This document shows, in pieces, positions 38,008 through 48,563 of a stretch of 64,000 nucleotides of DNA. Below the pieces are notes generated by a model. The model was not told the DNA's origin. It saw only the letters and a list, made by a program, of their open reading frames with translations, and did no database searches. Location: positions 1-64,000 of the IMG/VR virus record IMGVR_UViG_3300045988_128110; one strand, written 5' to 3'. The stretch is from a virus. Positions within the stretch are counted from its first letter, which is position 1. Each line of letters opens with the position of its first letter. The translations under genes were made by a program, and so were the position numbers.

Positions 38008-39408
38008 ATGAAATCGGAATTTATTACATTACAATTACTCTCAGAGAGTTTTGAGGATAAATTGGCATGACTAGTTGCAAATAATGAAGATAAAGTGTCT
38101 AAGTATCTTCTGGAAGCTAATCAATTAATTAAAATTTATACTAAGACAAAAGCAGAGAACTCTGAAAGTTTGTTTCCAATTCCCGATACTGTTTTAGAAG
38201 GGTTTATAAATGCAATTAAGGAAAAATTGTCAGACTATGGACGGCAACTAACTCTTAAAACTGATGCTTTCGAAGTTTCATTTCTTCCTAAAGGCTGTAC
38301 TCCTGAATATACTAAAAGTGGTAAATGGGCAAAAAAGAACAGACAATCAGGAAAACCTGGTAAAATTATACAAAAAGTAATTGGAACTGGTGTCTTTTCT
38401 AACTCTGATTATGAAAAATTTGTATATGCTCTTAAAGCACTCTGGTCTTATGGTGGATATGAAATTAAATTGGTAGAAGGAGAAGACATTAGATACTGGT
38501 ATGATTCGGAAAATTATTATGCCATTACTAATACTTTGGGTAATTCATGTATGTCTCATAAAGAATGTAGTGGTTATTTTGATCTCTATTGTACACAACC
38601 AGAGTGTCGAATGCTGGTCGCATTAAAGGAGGACAAATTAGCAGCGAGAGCTTTAGTATGGACCATTGGGGATAAAACCTTTATGGATCGTGTTTATTAC
38701 ATAGAAGATTCTTTATATAATATCTTTATTAACTATGCTAAAGAAAATAAATGGTATATCCGAGAGAGTAATTGCCCTCTTAGTGATGGTGACGATCAAG
38801 TATTTTTATCTCCAAAGGATAACTATACTGAACCTGTAACTGAACACTTTGTTTTGAACTTAGTTAAGATTTATCCTGAATGGCCTTATATTGATAGTTT
38901 TAGATATTTAGATCTTGAGGAGAAGGTCTTAACAACATATCGAAGACGTAATACCTACACATGCTCGTTTACAGATGGAAATTACGAAGATTCAGAGGAT
39001 TGGGATGAAGAATATCAATGTGAGAATTGTGGATGCCAATATAGTGACGAGGATGAGTTAGTATATTCAGAATACTTTGATACACCAGGATGTACTTCTT
39101 GTATGTCATGGTCAGAAATTATGCAAGATTGGATTCCAGATAACAAAGTTGTCTACGTTAAAACTGATTACGCATGTCACAATGGTGAGGTTTGTTGTAG
39201 TGAATATCTAGCATCGTGTCCAGAAGAATATGTCTATATTGAAGGTTCCTGGTACTCAACAGAATTCAAAGGGATTTGTAAAAATCAGGATGGGGATTGG
39301 GTAGTTATACATCTGGATAAAGCATCCACTTCATCAGATATGTTTAGTGTGACTTCGTCTATTTCTGCAGCATCTGGAATTATGTTATTTGATCCTAGAA
39401 CATATTAA
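38008..39408 (+). CDS. large hypothetical protein (466 aa), paralog of 21669-23105, with a Cys-rich C-terminal region; one TGA near the N-terminus
   Basis: ATG at 38008 directly after the TAA of the upstream gene, in frame with tracked ORF 38095; shared NSCMSHKEC...ARALVW...DRVYY motifs with the paralog. Confidence 0.45.
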
Positions 39409-39411
39409 ACA

Positions 39412-40176
39412 ATGAAAGAAAAAATTAGATATGATTTAGTTCCAGCACATGGGATTAAAGAAATATCTCGTGTCCTAACTAGAAAGTTGGACACATATGA
39501 AGAAAATCAGTGGAAAAAAGGGATGAAATGGACAGAAGTTCTTTCATCTCTTAAGAAGCATCTCAACGAATTTGAGATGGGAAATGATTACACTGAAGAA
39601 GGACTGCTCAATATAGCAGAGGTAGCCAATAATGCATTAATTCTATGCGAATTCTATCATATTTATCCCCAAGGGGATGATAGAATTATGGCTCCCACAA
39701 CAAAACCAATAGTTGCCTTAGACTTAGATAATGTCATCTTTGATTTCAATGGTGCATATGAAGCTAAGTTTGGCACTAAAATGAATCCTTATTGGAAAGC
39801 TAATTATGAAATGTCAGAGCATTTAAAGCAGTTAGAAAAAGATAAGGATTTTTGGGTAAATATCCCAATTCTACATAAACCTTGTTTCGAAGTAGATTAT
39901 TATATAACTGCTCGGAATATTCCAGTTGAATGGATTGAAGAAAGTTTACAAAAGAATGGCCTTCCATGTGCTCCAGTTCATGTTGTCCCTTGGGATCAAA
40001 GTAAATTGGCACATTTACGTGATTTAAAAATTGATATATTTATCGACGATAAATATGAAAATTATAAGGAAGCAACTGATGCTGGAATCTTTTGCTACTT
40101 AATGGATGCTCCTCATAATCAATACTATAATGTTGGTCATAGGAGAATTTATAACCTTGATATACCAATTAAATAG
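39412..40176 (+). CDS. 5'(3')-deoxyribonucleotidase (HAD, NT5C family) with an N-terminal helical extension
   Basis: VALDLDNVIF DxDxV phosphatase motif I and IFIDD motif; the N-terminal 90 aa is unassigned. Confidence 0.5.
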   Translation: MKEKIRYDLVPAHGIKEISRVLTRKLDTYEENQWKKGMKWTEVLSSLKKHLNEFEMGNDYTEEGLLNIAEVANNALILCEFYHIYPQGDDRIMAPTTKPIVALDLDNVIFDFNGAYEAKFGTKMNPYWKANYEMSEHLKQLEKDKDFWVNIPILHKPCFEVDYYITARNIPVEWIEESLQKNGLPCAPVHVVPWDQSKLAHLRDLKIDIFIDDKYENYKEATDAGIFCYLMDAPHNQYYNVGHRRIYNLDIPIK

Positions 40177-40674
40177 ATGGAAGAATTTTTATTAGACATC
40201 CTTGGGTGGGATCGCTCTGAAGCAACCTGGTTGCTTAGGTTATTTACTAGATTTAATTCCAATGGGGATAGTTTTCCTATTATGTGTGAAGAAGCTGAAT
40301 TAGATCCTTCTGATTGCATCTATGGTGATAGAGTTGAACCAGAGGCTCTAGAAACGATATTCTTACAGAATTTATTTGCAAGGAAATTAGATAGAGAGGA
40401 TTTTAAATTTTCTGATAACATTCTTACTGTTAAGGATGTTATAGTAGAAACGAATCATGGTGAGAATGTAGAAAATATATACGATGACTATTATTGTACA
40501 TTGTCATTTGCAGAACTTACTGTGATAAAGCCACTTATTTTAGAACTTGAAGAGTTTTATACTAAGGAACATTCAGAGATTACACATAAACAGACCAGTA
40601 TTCCTGAAAGTTCTACTCCTATTGCAAAATCTATATTTGAAAGAATCTATGGAAGTAAGACTAGCCGACGTTAA
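40177..40674 (+). CDS. hypothetical acidic protein (165 aa)
   Basis: Complete ORF. Confidence 0.35.
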   Translation: MEEFLLDILGWDRSEATWLLRLFTRFNSNGDSFPIMCEEAELDPSDCIYGDRVEPEALETIFLQNLFARKLDREDFKFSDNILTVKDVIVETNHGENVENIYDDYYCTLSFAELTVIKPLILELEEFYTKEHSEITHKQTSIPESSTPIAKSIFERIYGSKTSRR

Positions 40675-41686
40675 ACTTACTCCATTACTACACACTGTTC
40701 AGAGATTAAAGATTTCTGACGAGGAGTATTTTTCAAGTAAGTATAGAGAATACATCTCTAACTCTAGATTAAAATACATCAACCCTGACCAAGATGGTAG
40801 TCCTTCGAAGTATAAAAATGGTATACAACAAGAAACTACACGGTCATTGCAGTTAGGTTCAGCTATTCATGAGGTCTTTTTACAACCAGAATCCTTCTCA
40901 TTAGAGGAGGATCTGGGAAGGCCTTCTGCTAAACTTGGTGATGTATGTGATTATGCAATGAAGCAAAGAGCTGAAGGAAAGGGTATATATGACTCAATAG
41001 TTTTAGCTTGCAATGAAATTGGTTACTATGCAAATAGTTTAACCGCTAATAGAGTTAAACAAATTATCTCTAAAGGATTTCCTTACTATGTAAAGAGTAA
41101 GATTGCTGGAAATACAGATAAGATTGTATTATCCAGTAAAGATAGAGAAGTTTGTGTTAACTGCCTAAACTCTTTAAATTCCCATAGAGGAGCAATGAAA
41201 CTTATACGTCCAACTGATATATTTGGTGATGCTATTGCTTCTTATAATGAAGATGCAATTTTTATGGATGTCAAGTGTGAATATAATGGGAAGAGTACAA
41301 TTCTCAAGTTAAAGATGAAAGCAGACAACTGGACTATAGATGAGGATTCTAAAAAGTTAGTTTTGAATGATCTCAAGACAACTGGAAAACCAATAGGATT
41401 TTTTATGCAAGATTATGGTTCATTTGTGCATTATCATTATGCCCGTCAGATGGGTATGTATATGTGGATGTTGTTTCATCTATGTAAGAAGGAGTTTAAC
41501 GTGGACAAAACCTGGAATATTTCGTCTAATATCATTGCTGTAGAAACAGTAGGTGAGAATAGAGCTGGAGTATTTAGAGTGTCCAAAAGTCAGCTTACTG
41601 CTGGCAAAAAAGAATTCCAACGTCTATTGAAGATGGTTGGTGTCTGCCAGATTGAAGGATTCGATGATAATATAAAATTTAGTTAA
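40649..41686 (+). CDS. RecE-like PD-(D/E)xK exonuclease (exodeoxyribonuclease VIII family)
   Basis: LGSAIHEVFLQPESF resembles the RecE/PDDEXK_8 GTA.HA..LEP..F motif; ATG at 40649 lies inside the tracked ORF 40547-41686. Confidence 0.45.
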   Translation: MEVRLADVKLTPLLHTVQRLKISDEEYFSSKYREYISNSRLKYINPDQDGSPSKYKNGIQQETTRSLQLGSAIHEVFLQPESFSLEEDLGRPSAKLGDVCDYAMKQRAEGKGIYDSIVLACNEIGYYANSLTANRVKQIISKGFPYYVKSKIAGNTDKIVLSSKDREVCVNCLNSLNSHRGAMKLIRPTDIFGDAIASYNEDAIFMDVKCEYNGKSTILKLKMKADNWTIDEDSKKLVLNDLKTTGKPIGFFMQDYGSFVHYHYARQMGMYMWMLFHLCKKEFNVDKTWNISSNIIAVETVGENRAGVFRVSKSQLTAGKKEFQRLLKMVGVCQIEGFDDNIKFS

Positions 41687-41754
41687 TCTGCAAATATTTT
41701 TAAGAGTAAATTTAGAATTTATTTTCTTAAAATTTTATGGAGAATTTGCAGATT
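41685..41754. promoter_or_regulatory. perfect 11-bp inverted repeat (aatctgcaaat ... atttgcagatt) separated by a 48-nt AT-rich spacer, upstream of gene 41819
   Basis: Exact reverse complement arms in an intergenic region preceding a codon-optimised gene that ends in a strong terminator. Confidence 0.35.
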
Positions 41755-41818
41755 CATAATTTTAGTATTATCTTTGTATCACAATCGGAAGAATAATATG
41801 AACTAATGTTTAATTTTA

Positions 41819-42361
41819 ATGTTTTTTAAAATGAAGAAATTTGAAGTTTCGGCTTATAGCCTTGAGGAAGCAAAAGCAACTGCACTGAGTGAGTATGGTC
41901 TCAAAGTAACGCAGAATGTATCACAGTCATGGAAGAATGCAGGTTCGCCTGTTTCAGGTAAAGAATTTGAAGGATTCTGCATTGACATGCTGGATAAGAA
42001 ACGTCTGACTGGCGTAGAGGGTGTTGGTCTGGTAATTGCAATTACCCCAGGATCAAAGGATACTCGCGAGCGTCCTTACAAGTACAAGAATGTAACCAAT
42101 GAGGGTAAACGTCAGATGGAGCGTGTTGTTGAGATTCGTCTGAAGGCAACTGATGAAGTAGTTGGTACTGCTAAGAACAAGGGTGAAGCTGAGAAGCTTG
42201 CTAAGAAACTTATGCTTACCTATAAGCAGGATATGGTAGCAGTTATTGTCTATCATGTTAAGGACGGTAAGGAAACAGCTTTTGAGCTGGATTATGCACC
42301 TTCGCAGTCCGCACAAAAGGGTCGTTACATTGTCTTTGGTAACGAAAAGAGTGGTTTTTAA
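41819..42361 (+). CDS. hypothetical protein (180 aa) with GC-rich, translationally optimised codons; likely highly expressed
   Basis: Codon usage differs from the neighbours (gct/aag/ggt-rich); flanked by an IR-containing upstream region and a strong terminator. Confidence 0.45.
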   Translation: MFFKMKKFEVSAYSLEEAKATALSEYGLKVTQNVSQSWKNAGSPVSGKEFEGFCIDMLDKKRLTGVEGVGLVIAITPGSKDTRERPYKYKNVTNEGKRQMERVVEIRLKATDEVVGTAKNKGEAEKLAKKLMLTYKQDMVAVIVYHVKDGKETAFELDYAPSQSAQKGRYIVFGNEKSGF

Positions 42362-42380
42362 TTAAACTATATTTAGAGAA

Positions 42381-42419
42381 AGCAGGGTTGGATTAAATTC
42401 CAATCCTGCTTATTTTTTA
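42381..42419 (+). terminator. strong rho-independent terminator (agcagggttgg-attaaatt-ccaatcctgct followed by T-rich)
   Basis: 11-bp stem with one GU, then TTATTTTTT. Confidence 0.75.
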
Positions 42420-42425
42420 AGATTT

Positions 42426-42923
42426 ATGACAGTAGATATATTCAAGCATCCATTATTCACATCTTGTGGATTCTTAGGAGTATGACCAGGAGATAATTCC
42501 TCTTTTATTGATCAATTCCATTTAGGAGGAGAATATTGTGTTTATGTATTACTAGATTCATGATGTAAACATGATACAACCCTTTGTGGATGATCCTTTC
42601 CCTATGCTATTAAGTATATAGGAATGGGCCCCTACCCAGTAGGGTGAGGAAAAACAGGTAAGCGTCCACTAAATCATAAAAATGACTTATTTAGTGACCA
42701 TCTTAAATTAGACCCAAATCGTTATATATTGACCTTTCCATCAACATGCTTAGACAAACAGTCTGCCTTTGATTTAGAATCAATATTAATAGATGCTGCA
42801 TTGAAGGATTCTTATACATTATCCCCTAGAGGTTTAAGAAATGTTAGAACTCCAGATTTTCAGTTAATAAACAAAATAAGAGGTCATAAGATTAATGGAA
42901 GTTACCTTAGACAAGCTGCTTAG
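42426..42923 (+). CDS. GIY-YIG-like homing endonuclease with four in-frame TGA codons
   Basis: EYCVYVLLDSWCKHD...AIKYIGMG resembles the GIY-x10-YIG core; ATG at 42426 is in frame (101 codons) with the tracked ORF 42729-42923; ends at TAG. Confidence 0.5.
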
Positions 42924-43653
42924 TGGCAAATCAACACGAATTAATTCAAAAGATTTTCTTTCAACAGAAGACTATGTAAAGCCTTTTATTGAAGAAATGA
43001 GTAAATTCACTTCTACTTATAGAATAGAAGCTATCCCTCCCTCTCAAGTTACTACAGATAAAGAAGGAGAGGATATTACCTATAACAGGGTATTAGTGCA
43101 GGCAATCATGCCTACTCAAATAGATGAGTATAATGAAATATATACTTTGGCATATTCTTTAGACATAAGAAGACCTATTTATAAAGTATATAAAGCAATG
43201 TTTAATAATACTACTAATTCAATAATTGCATTTGATCCAAATTGATTGGTAGTTAATGAGATTAAACCAGCAGAGACCTTTACACTTCCAATTCAAAACT
43301 TAATGAGTTTTACAAGTGACTTTGAAGTTAAACTCAAGAAATATAAAAACGATACTTTATCTACTAAAGAAAATGATCGTTATGTAAGACTAGGTTCTTG
43401 GATTGAAAAATGTCAGTTTGCAGTATGGCAAAATGACTTTGGAGGAAAGGTTAAATGGTCTCCAACAAATGTTGTTAAGGCTTATAATAACATTTATATA
43501 AATACATCAAGTGATTATTATGTTGGTGATAAGGACTCATCTGTAATTAATACATATAATTCATTTGCACAGTTAATTGCAGATGATAAAAAAGATATTT
43601 GCAATAAGTTTGAGAAAACTATGCTAATTAATTTATTATTAGAATTAAAGTAA
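42895..43653 (+). CDS. hypothetical protein (252 aa); TGA-joined
   Basis: ORFs 42895-43245 and 43246-43653 share a frame and are separated only by a TGA. Confidence 0.4.
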
Positions 43654-45896
43654 TGACAGTTGAGCAATGGTTAAATAATGACGAATTAGCTATTACTATC
43701 TGGAAGAATAAATATAGGTTTGAAGATGAATCGCTAGACGATTGGTTCAAAAGAGTTTCTGGAGGTAATGAAATCGTAGAAGAACAGATTAGAGCTAAAA
43801 AATTTATTTTTGGAGGCAGAATCCTTGCTAATAGAGGGTTATCTGATAAAAATAGAAAAATAACATATTCAAACTGTTATGTAGTTGCTCCTCCTGAAGA
43901 TAATCTTGAATCTATTTTTGAGTGTGGGACAAAGTTAGCAAGAACATTCAGCTACGGGGGAGGTTGTGGAATTGATATTTCTAATTTGAGACCTTCTGGA
44001 GCAAAAGTTAATAATGCTGCAAAAACTACTTCTGGGGCTGTAAGCTTTATGGATTTCTATTCATATATTACTGGACTAATCGGTCAGAGTGGTCGTAGGG
44101 GAGCACTAATGATTTCTATTTCTTGCGATCATCCAGATCTTGAAGAGTTTATTGAGATTAAGTCTGACTTAGATAAAGTTACAAAAGCTAATATCTCTGT
44201 TAGAGTTAGTGACAAATTTATGGAAGCAGTTATTAAAGGTGAAACTTTAATATTGAAATTCGTAACTGATACTGGTGAAACAATTACTAAAGAGGTAGAA
44301 GCATATCCTATTTTTAGGAAGCTTGCTCAAATGAACTGGGATTATGCTGAACCTGGTATATTGTTTTGGGATAGAATAACTAGCTGGAACTTATTATCAA
44401 ATAATAAAGAATTTTCTTATGCAGGAGTAAATCCCTGTGCTGAAGAACCTCTGCCAGCTGGAGGGAGCTGTCTTCTTGGAAGCATAAACCTTGCAGAATT
44501 TGTTACAAAAGAAAGAAAACTTGATCTTATCTCCTTAAGAGAAACTATTCGAGTTGCAGTTATTGCTTTGAATGAAGTTCTTGATGAGGGTCTTCCTTTA
44601 CATCCTTTACAAGAACAAAGGGATTCCGTAGCAGAGTGGAGACAAATTGGTCTTGGTGTTATGGGTTTGGCTGATATGCTTATCAAATTAAGAGTCAAAT
44701 ACGGTAGTGCTACTTCTAGATCCGTTTTAGAGTCAATTGGACATGAATTAATCATGACTGCTCTGGAAACTTCTTCTATGTTAGCTGCTAACTATGGACC
44801 ATATCCTAAATTTAATCGCGATTGTGTTATACAAACTCCTTTCTTTAAGAATTTAGATTCTGGGGATATGAATGATTTGCGTTTCCAAAGTTTGCACGAT
44901 GTTATATGTAAGTATGGTTTACGCAATTCTCAATTACTTACTTGTGCTCCAACTGGCAGTATTGCAACCATGCTAGGAGTGTCTACAGGTTGTGAACCAA
45001 TTTTTGCAACCTCTTATACACGTAAGACTGAATCTTTAGTAAATGAGGAAAAGTATTATAAAGTATATACCCCAATTATAAAGAAGCTTATTGATGAAGG
45101 ATTTTCTGAAGAAGCTTTACCCGAGTATGTGGTTACATCAGAACAGATTCCATATAGAGAAAGAATTAAGGTTCAAGCAACTTTACAGGAGTTTATTGAT
45201 GCTTCTATTTCTTCTACTATAAATCTTCCAGAGTCAGCTACTGTTGATGATGTAGAAACTATTTATAGATTAGCTTGGGAGGAAGGTTTAAAGGGTGTTA
45301 CAGTTTATCGTTCTGGATGCAAAAGGGGTGCAGTCTTATCAAAGAATCCCGTAATTAAAGAATGCCTAAAACGTCCTGAATCTGTTGAAGCTAAACTAAT
45401 TAGATTTAAGAATGGTTTTGAGAATTGGATTGCATTTGTAGGTCTCATTGATGGAAGGCCTTATGAAATTTTTACTGGTATTAACAATATAGAAGATTTT
45501 CCAATTCCCACCTCAATCACTGAGGGAGAAATTATTAAAGTAAAAGACTCTTTAGGCAAACGATATGATTTTCAATATACTGATAAATACGGGTATACTA
45601 ACCGTTTAGGAGGATTGTCTCGCATCTTTAATCAAGAATACTGGAATTACGCTAAATTAATATCTGCTTTATTAAGAGGTGGTATTGAATTAGATAAGGT
45701 AGTTAAGATTATTGATGGAATGCATTTTGAGTCAGATACTCTAAATACTTGGAAGAATGGTGTAAAGCGTGCTATTAAAACTTTTATAGTTGATGGAGTT
45801 GCTTCACATGAAGTTTGCCCAGATTGTGGTGAGCATTTGATATACGAAGGGGGATGTACTATATGTAAAAATTGTGGGTTTAGTAAATGTGGATAG
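43653..45896 (+). CDS. ribonucleotide reductase catalytic subunit (probably class II, B12-dependent) with a C-terminal zinc ribbon
   Basis: KFIFGGRILANRG N-terminal RNR motif, a CGT/SNC active-site region, C-terminal CPDCG...CTICKNCG; no NrdB-like gene nearby. Confidence 0.65.
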   Translation: MTVEQWLNNDELAITIWKNKYRFEDESLDDWFKRVSGGNEIVEEQIRAKKFIFGGRILANRGLSDKNRKITYSNCYVVAPPEDNLESIFECGTKLARTFSYGGGCGIDISNLRPSGAKVNNAAKTTSGAVSFMDFYSYITGLIGQSGRRGALMISISCDHPDLEEFIEIKSDLDKVTKANISVRVSDKFMEAVIKGETLILKFVTDTGETITKEVEAYPIFRKLAQMNWDYAEPGILFWDRITSWNLLSNNKEFSYAGVNPCAEEPLPAGGSCLLGSINLAEFVTKERKLDLISLRETIRVAVIALNEVLDEGLPLHPLQEQRDSVAEWRQIGLGVMGLADMLIKLRVKYGSATSRSVLESIGHELIMTALETSSMLAANYGPYPKFNRDCVIQTPFFKNLDSGDMNDLRFQSLHDVICKYGLRNSQLLTCAPTGSIATMLGVSTGCEPIFATSYTRKTESLVNEEKYYKVYTPIIKKLIDEGFSEEALPEYVVTSEQIPYRERIKVQATLQEFIDASISSTINLPESATVDDVETIYRLAWEEGLKGVTVYRSGCKRGAVLSKNPVIKECLKRPESVEAKLIRFKNGFENWIAFVGLIDGRPYEIFTGINNIEDFPIPTSITEGEIIKVKDSLGKRYDFQYTDKYGYTNRLGGLSRIFNQEYWNYAKLISALLRGGIELDKVVKIIDGMHFESDTLNTWKNGVKRAIKTFIVDGVASHEVCPDCGEHLIYEGGCTICKNCGFSKCG

Positions 45897-46237
45897 ATCC
45901 GTACTTTAGACAACAAGGTATTGCCAAGTATAAAGAATTAAAAGATGATGGCAAGTTTGAAGGGCTAACTAGAGTACAAATTATTAAATTACTACGTAGT
46001 GAAACTGGACTTGGTTTAGCAGAATGTTCATCTATCTATAGAGAATTAAATACTATGACTATTCTATTAGATAAACTAACTGATGATAAAACTGTTATAG
46101 GTAATATTCTCACTGGGCTTAAAAAGAAAGGCGGCTATTGCCCATGTAAAATTGGGAAAGAAGACGAAAATCTCTGCCCTTGTAAAGAATATCGTGATAC
46201 AGGACATTGTCATTGTACATTATACAAGAATGCCTAA
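45887..46237 (+). CDS. ferredoxin-thioredoxin-reductase catalytic-subunit-like Cys-rich protein (CPCK...CPC...HCHC)
   Basis: GGYCPCKIGKEDENLCPCKEYRDTGHCHCTLY matches the FTR beta-chain CPC/CHC signature; adjacent to the RNR. Confidence 0.45.
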   Translation: MWIDPYFRQQGIAKYKELKDDGKFEGLTRVQIIKLLRSETGLGLAECSSIYRELNTMTILLDKLTDDKTVIGNILTGLKKKGGYCPCKIGKEDENLCPCKEYRDTGHCHCTLYKNA

Positions 46238-46414
46238 ATATACATTACACGTTCCTGTTTATGGATCATTAGATCTTGTAATTACAGCAGAGAACGAACA
46301 AGAAGTACTAGAGAGGTACTTAGAAGAAAGAGATAACTTATTAAAGTTTAATGATGGAAAACTGCAAGATGATTTAGATATATCATATGTAGTTCAAATT
46401 AATGATAAGACACA

Positions 46415-46612
46415 ATGTTAAAAATTATTATCCTTATCTTTTTAGGGTTGGAAATTCTTTCACGTGCAATGGCGTTAGGGAATGATGACCTCAGAAATAA
46501 AATGGCAACGATGCTGGAAGATTCTGCAAAAGATTTCAGACTGAATGGTTCTAAAACCAAAATGAGCCTTGCAGTATGGATATTATTCTTTATTGCAGTT
46601 CTTTTATGCTAG
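46415..46612 (+). CDS. small membrane protein (65 aa)
   Basis: Two hydrophobic helices. Confidence 0.3.
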   Translation: MLKIIILIFLGLEILSRAMALGNDDLRNKMATMLEDSAKDFRLNGSKTKMSLAVWILFFIAVLLC

Positions 46613-47115
46613 TAAATATAAAGAAATTAGTTCCTGAGGCTGTACTTCCACTATATGCTAAAGTGGGGGATGCTGGAATGGATTTAGTTGCTACTTCAGT
46701 TGATTATAGTAATGAGTACTATATCGAATATGGAACTGGGTTAGCTGTTGAAATCCCTGAAGGCTATGTTGGTTTGATCTTTCCTAGAAGTTCTAATAGT
46801 AAAAAAGATTTACAGCTTTGTAATTCAGTGGGTGTAATAGACTCTGGTTATAGAGGAGAAATCAAATTACGTTATCGGAGAATTATTAACCCTACTCCTA
46901 AAAGAAATTTTGTAGTAACTGACGTACAATGACAAGAAGAACTAGATAGTAATACGCCTATACAACGTATAAAAGCGGATTTCTCTTGTTATGGCATCGG
47001 AGATAAGGTAGGACAAATTATAATTATGCCAATTCCATTTATTACCTTTATAGAAGTTCAGGAATTATCCGAGACTGTTAGAGGTGATGGTGGGTTTGGT
47101 TCAACAGGAAAATAA
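46576..47115 (+). CDS. dut: dUTPase with one in-frame TGA before motif V
   Basis: AKVGDAGMDL, PRSS, GVIDSGYRGEI, and after the TGA at 46933-46935 a C-terminal RGDGGFGSTGK (motif V); TAA at 47113-47115. Confidence 0.85.
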
Positions 47116-48563
47116 TGACCTCAGAAGAAATAACACAAACTCTACGAGACGATTTAGTGCAAACTATCTATAATTTACAAGATAAATTTCTTAATTTTGA
47201 ACTTGGAGATGAACAAGTAGATGTACTAGTCTCAATCTTCGCCTTCTTACATAAGAAAGGGTTTGATGAGTTAGTTCTTTCTGGCCCTGGAGGAAGTGGA
47301 AAATCTGCTATAACCAAATTAATCGTTCTATACCTTGAGAAGCAATGTATTCCTTACATTTTAGCAACTCCAACAAATAAAGCTTGCGGAGTACTTCATA
47401 ATTATACAGAACGTGACGTTGTAACACTTCATAAACTTCTAACTTTAAAACCTACTATTGATATAATTAATCTTGACTTTAAAGACCTTCAATGGAATGC
47501 TGATTCAATCTCTTCAGGCATTCCATTGAATGGGGTTTTAATTATTGATGAGTGTTCTATGATTAACTCCGATTTATATGAGTTTATCAAAGAGAGAGCT
47601 AAGATTAAGCAATGTAAAGTAATTTATACTGGAGATGATAAACAACTATATCCAGTTAAAGAAAAGGAACTATCTAAACCTTTTCAATGCAATCATCAAT
47701 ATTATTTAAGTAAAGTTTATAGACAGCAGGAAAATAATCCTCTATTGGATATTTTAAACACACTTAGAGATCATTCAATTAAACAATTTTATGAAATTCG
47801 TTCTCCTGAAGGTAATCTTGTAATATTCCATCATTGGAGAAAGTTTGTGTCTTCTGCCTCACATTTATTTAAAAAATCAGTAGATTTAGGTAATCCAGGG
47901 ATTGTGAAATTACTTGCCTATACAAATAAGCGAGTAGAAGCTTTTAATCATATTCTTCGAGATTCTATATTTCAGAATGAATCTGAATATAATGTTGGAG
48001 AAATTTTAATGGGTTATGATACTTGTAGTTACAAAGACAAACGAGTATTCAAATCTATGGAATTTGAAATTATAAACTCTGCAGAATACATTGTGACGAA
48101 TATAGTTCCTGGACATTGTCAATTAGGATACATTACATATAAAGGATATTATTTAACCCTTCGTCCAATTAACACAGAATATTCAGAGGATGAAATATTT
48201 ATTATTTCAAGAGATACTAATGAGAAAGACTTAACTGCTTTAGCTGCATATATAGAACTAATGCGTTTAGATGCAATTCAAGCGCGTTCAAAAATAGCAG
48301 CATCAAAATTATGGAAAGAGTATTTTCGAGTTATGGAATCTTTTACTACCCCTGTTGATTTAGTCTATGGAAATAGAACCGTAAGAAAGAAAACTCTTGA
48401 CTATGGTTACTGTTTATCTGTCCATAAATCTCAGGGTTCAAATTATGATAACATATTAATAGATATGGGTAATTTATTTACCTGTAAAAATAAAGAAGAG
48501 TTAAGGCAGCTACAATATGTAGCTTTATCCAGAACTCGTAATAATATTAGTATGCTTATTTAA
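47115..48563 (+). CDS. SF1 Dda/RecD-like DNA helicase
   Basis: Walker A LSGPGGSGKSAI, DEAQM-like IIDECSMI, C-terminal helicase motifs. Confidence 0.7.
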   Translation: MTSEEITQTLRDDLVQTIYNLQDKFLNFELGDEQVDVLVSIFAFLHKKGFDELVLSGPGGSGKSAITKLIVLYLEKQCIPYILATPTNKACGVLHNYTERDVVTLHKLLTLKPTIDIINLDFKDLQWNADSISSGIPLNGVLIIDECSMINSDLYEFIKERAKIKQCKVIYTGDDKQLYPVKEKELSKPFQCNHQYYLSKVYRQQENNPLLDILNTLRDHSIKQFYEIRSPEGNLVIFHHWRKFVSSASHLFKKSVDLGNPGIVKLLAYTNKRVEAFNHILRDSIFQNESEYNVGEILMGYDTCSYKDKRVFKSMEFEIINSAEYIVTNIVPGHCQLGYITYKGYYLTLRPINTEYSEDEIFIISRDTNEKDLTALAAYIELMRLDAIQARSKIAASKLWKEYFRVMESFTTPVDLVYGNRTVRKKTLDYGYCLSVHKSQGSNYDNILIDMGNLFTCKNKEELRQLQYVALSRTRNNISMLI

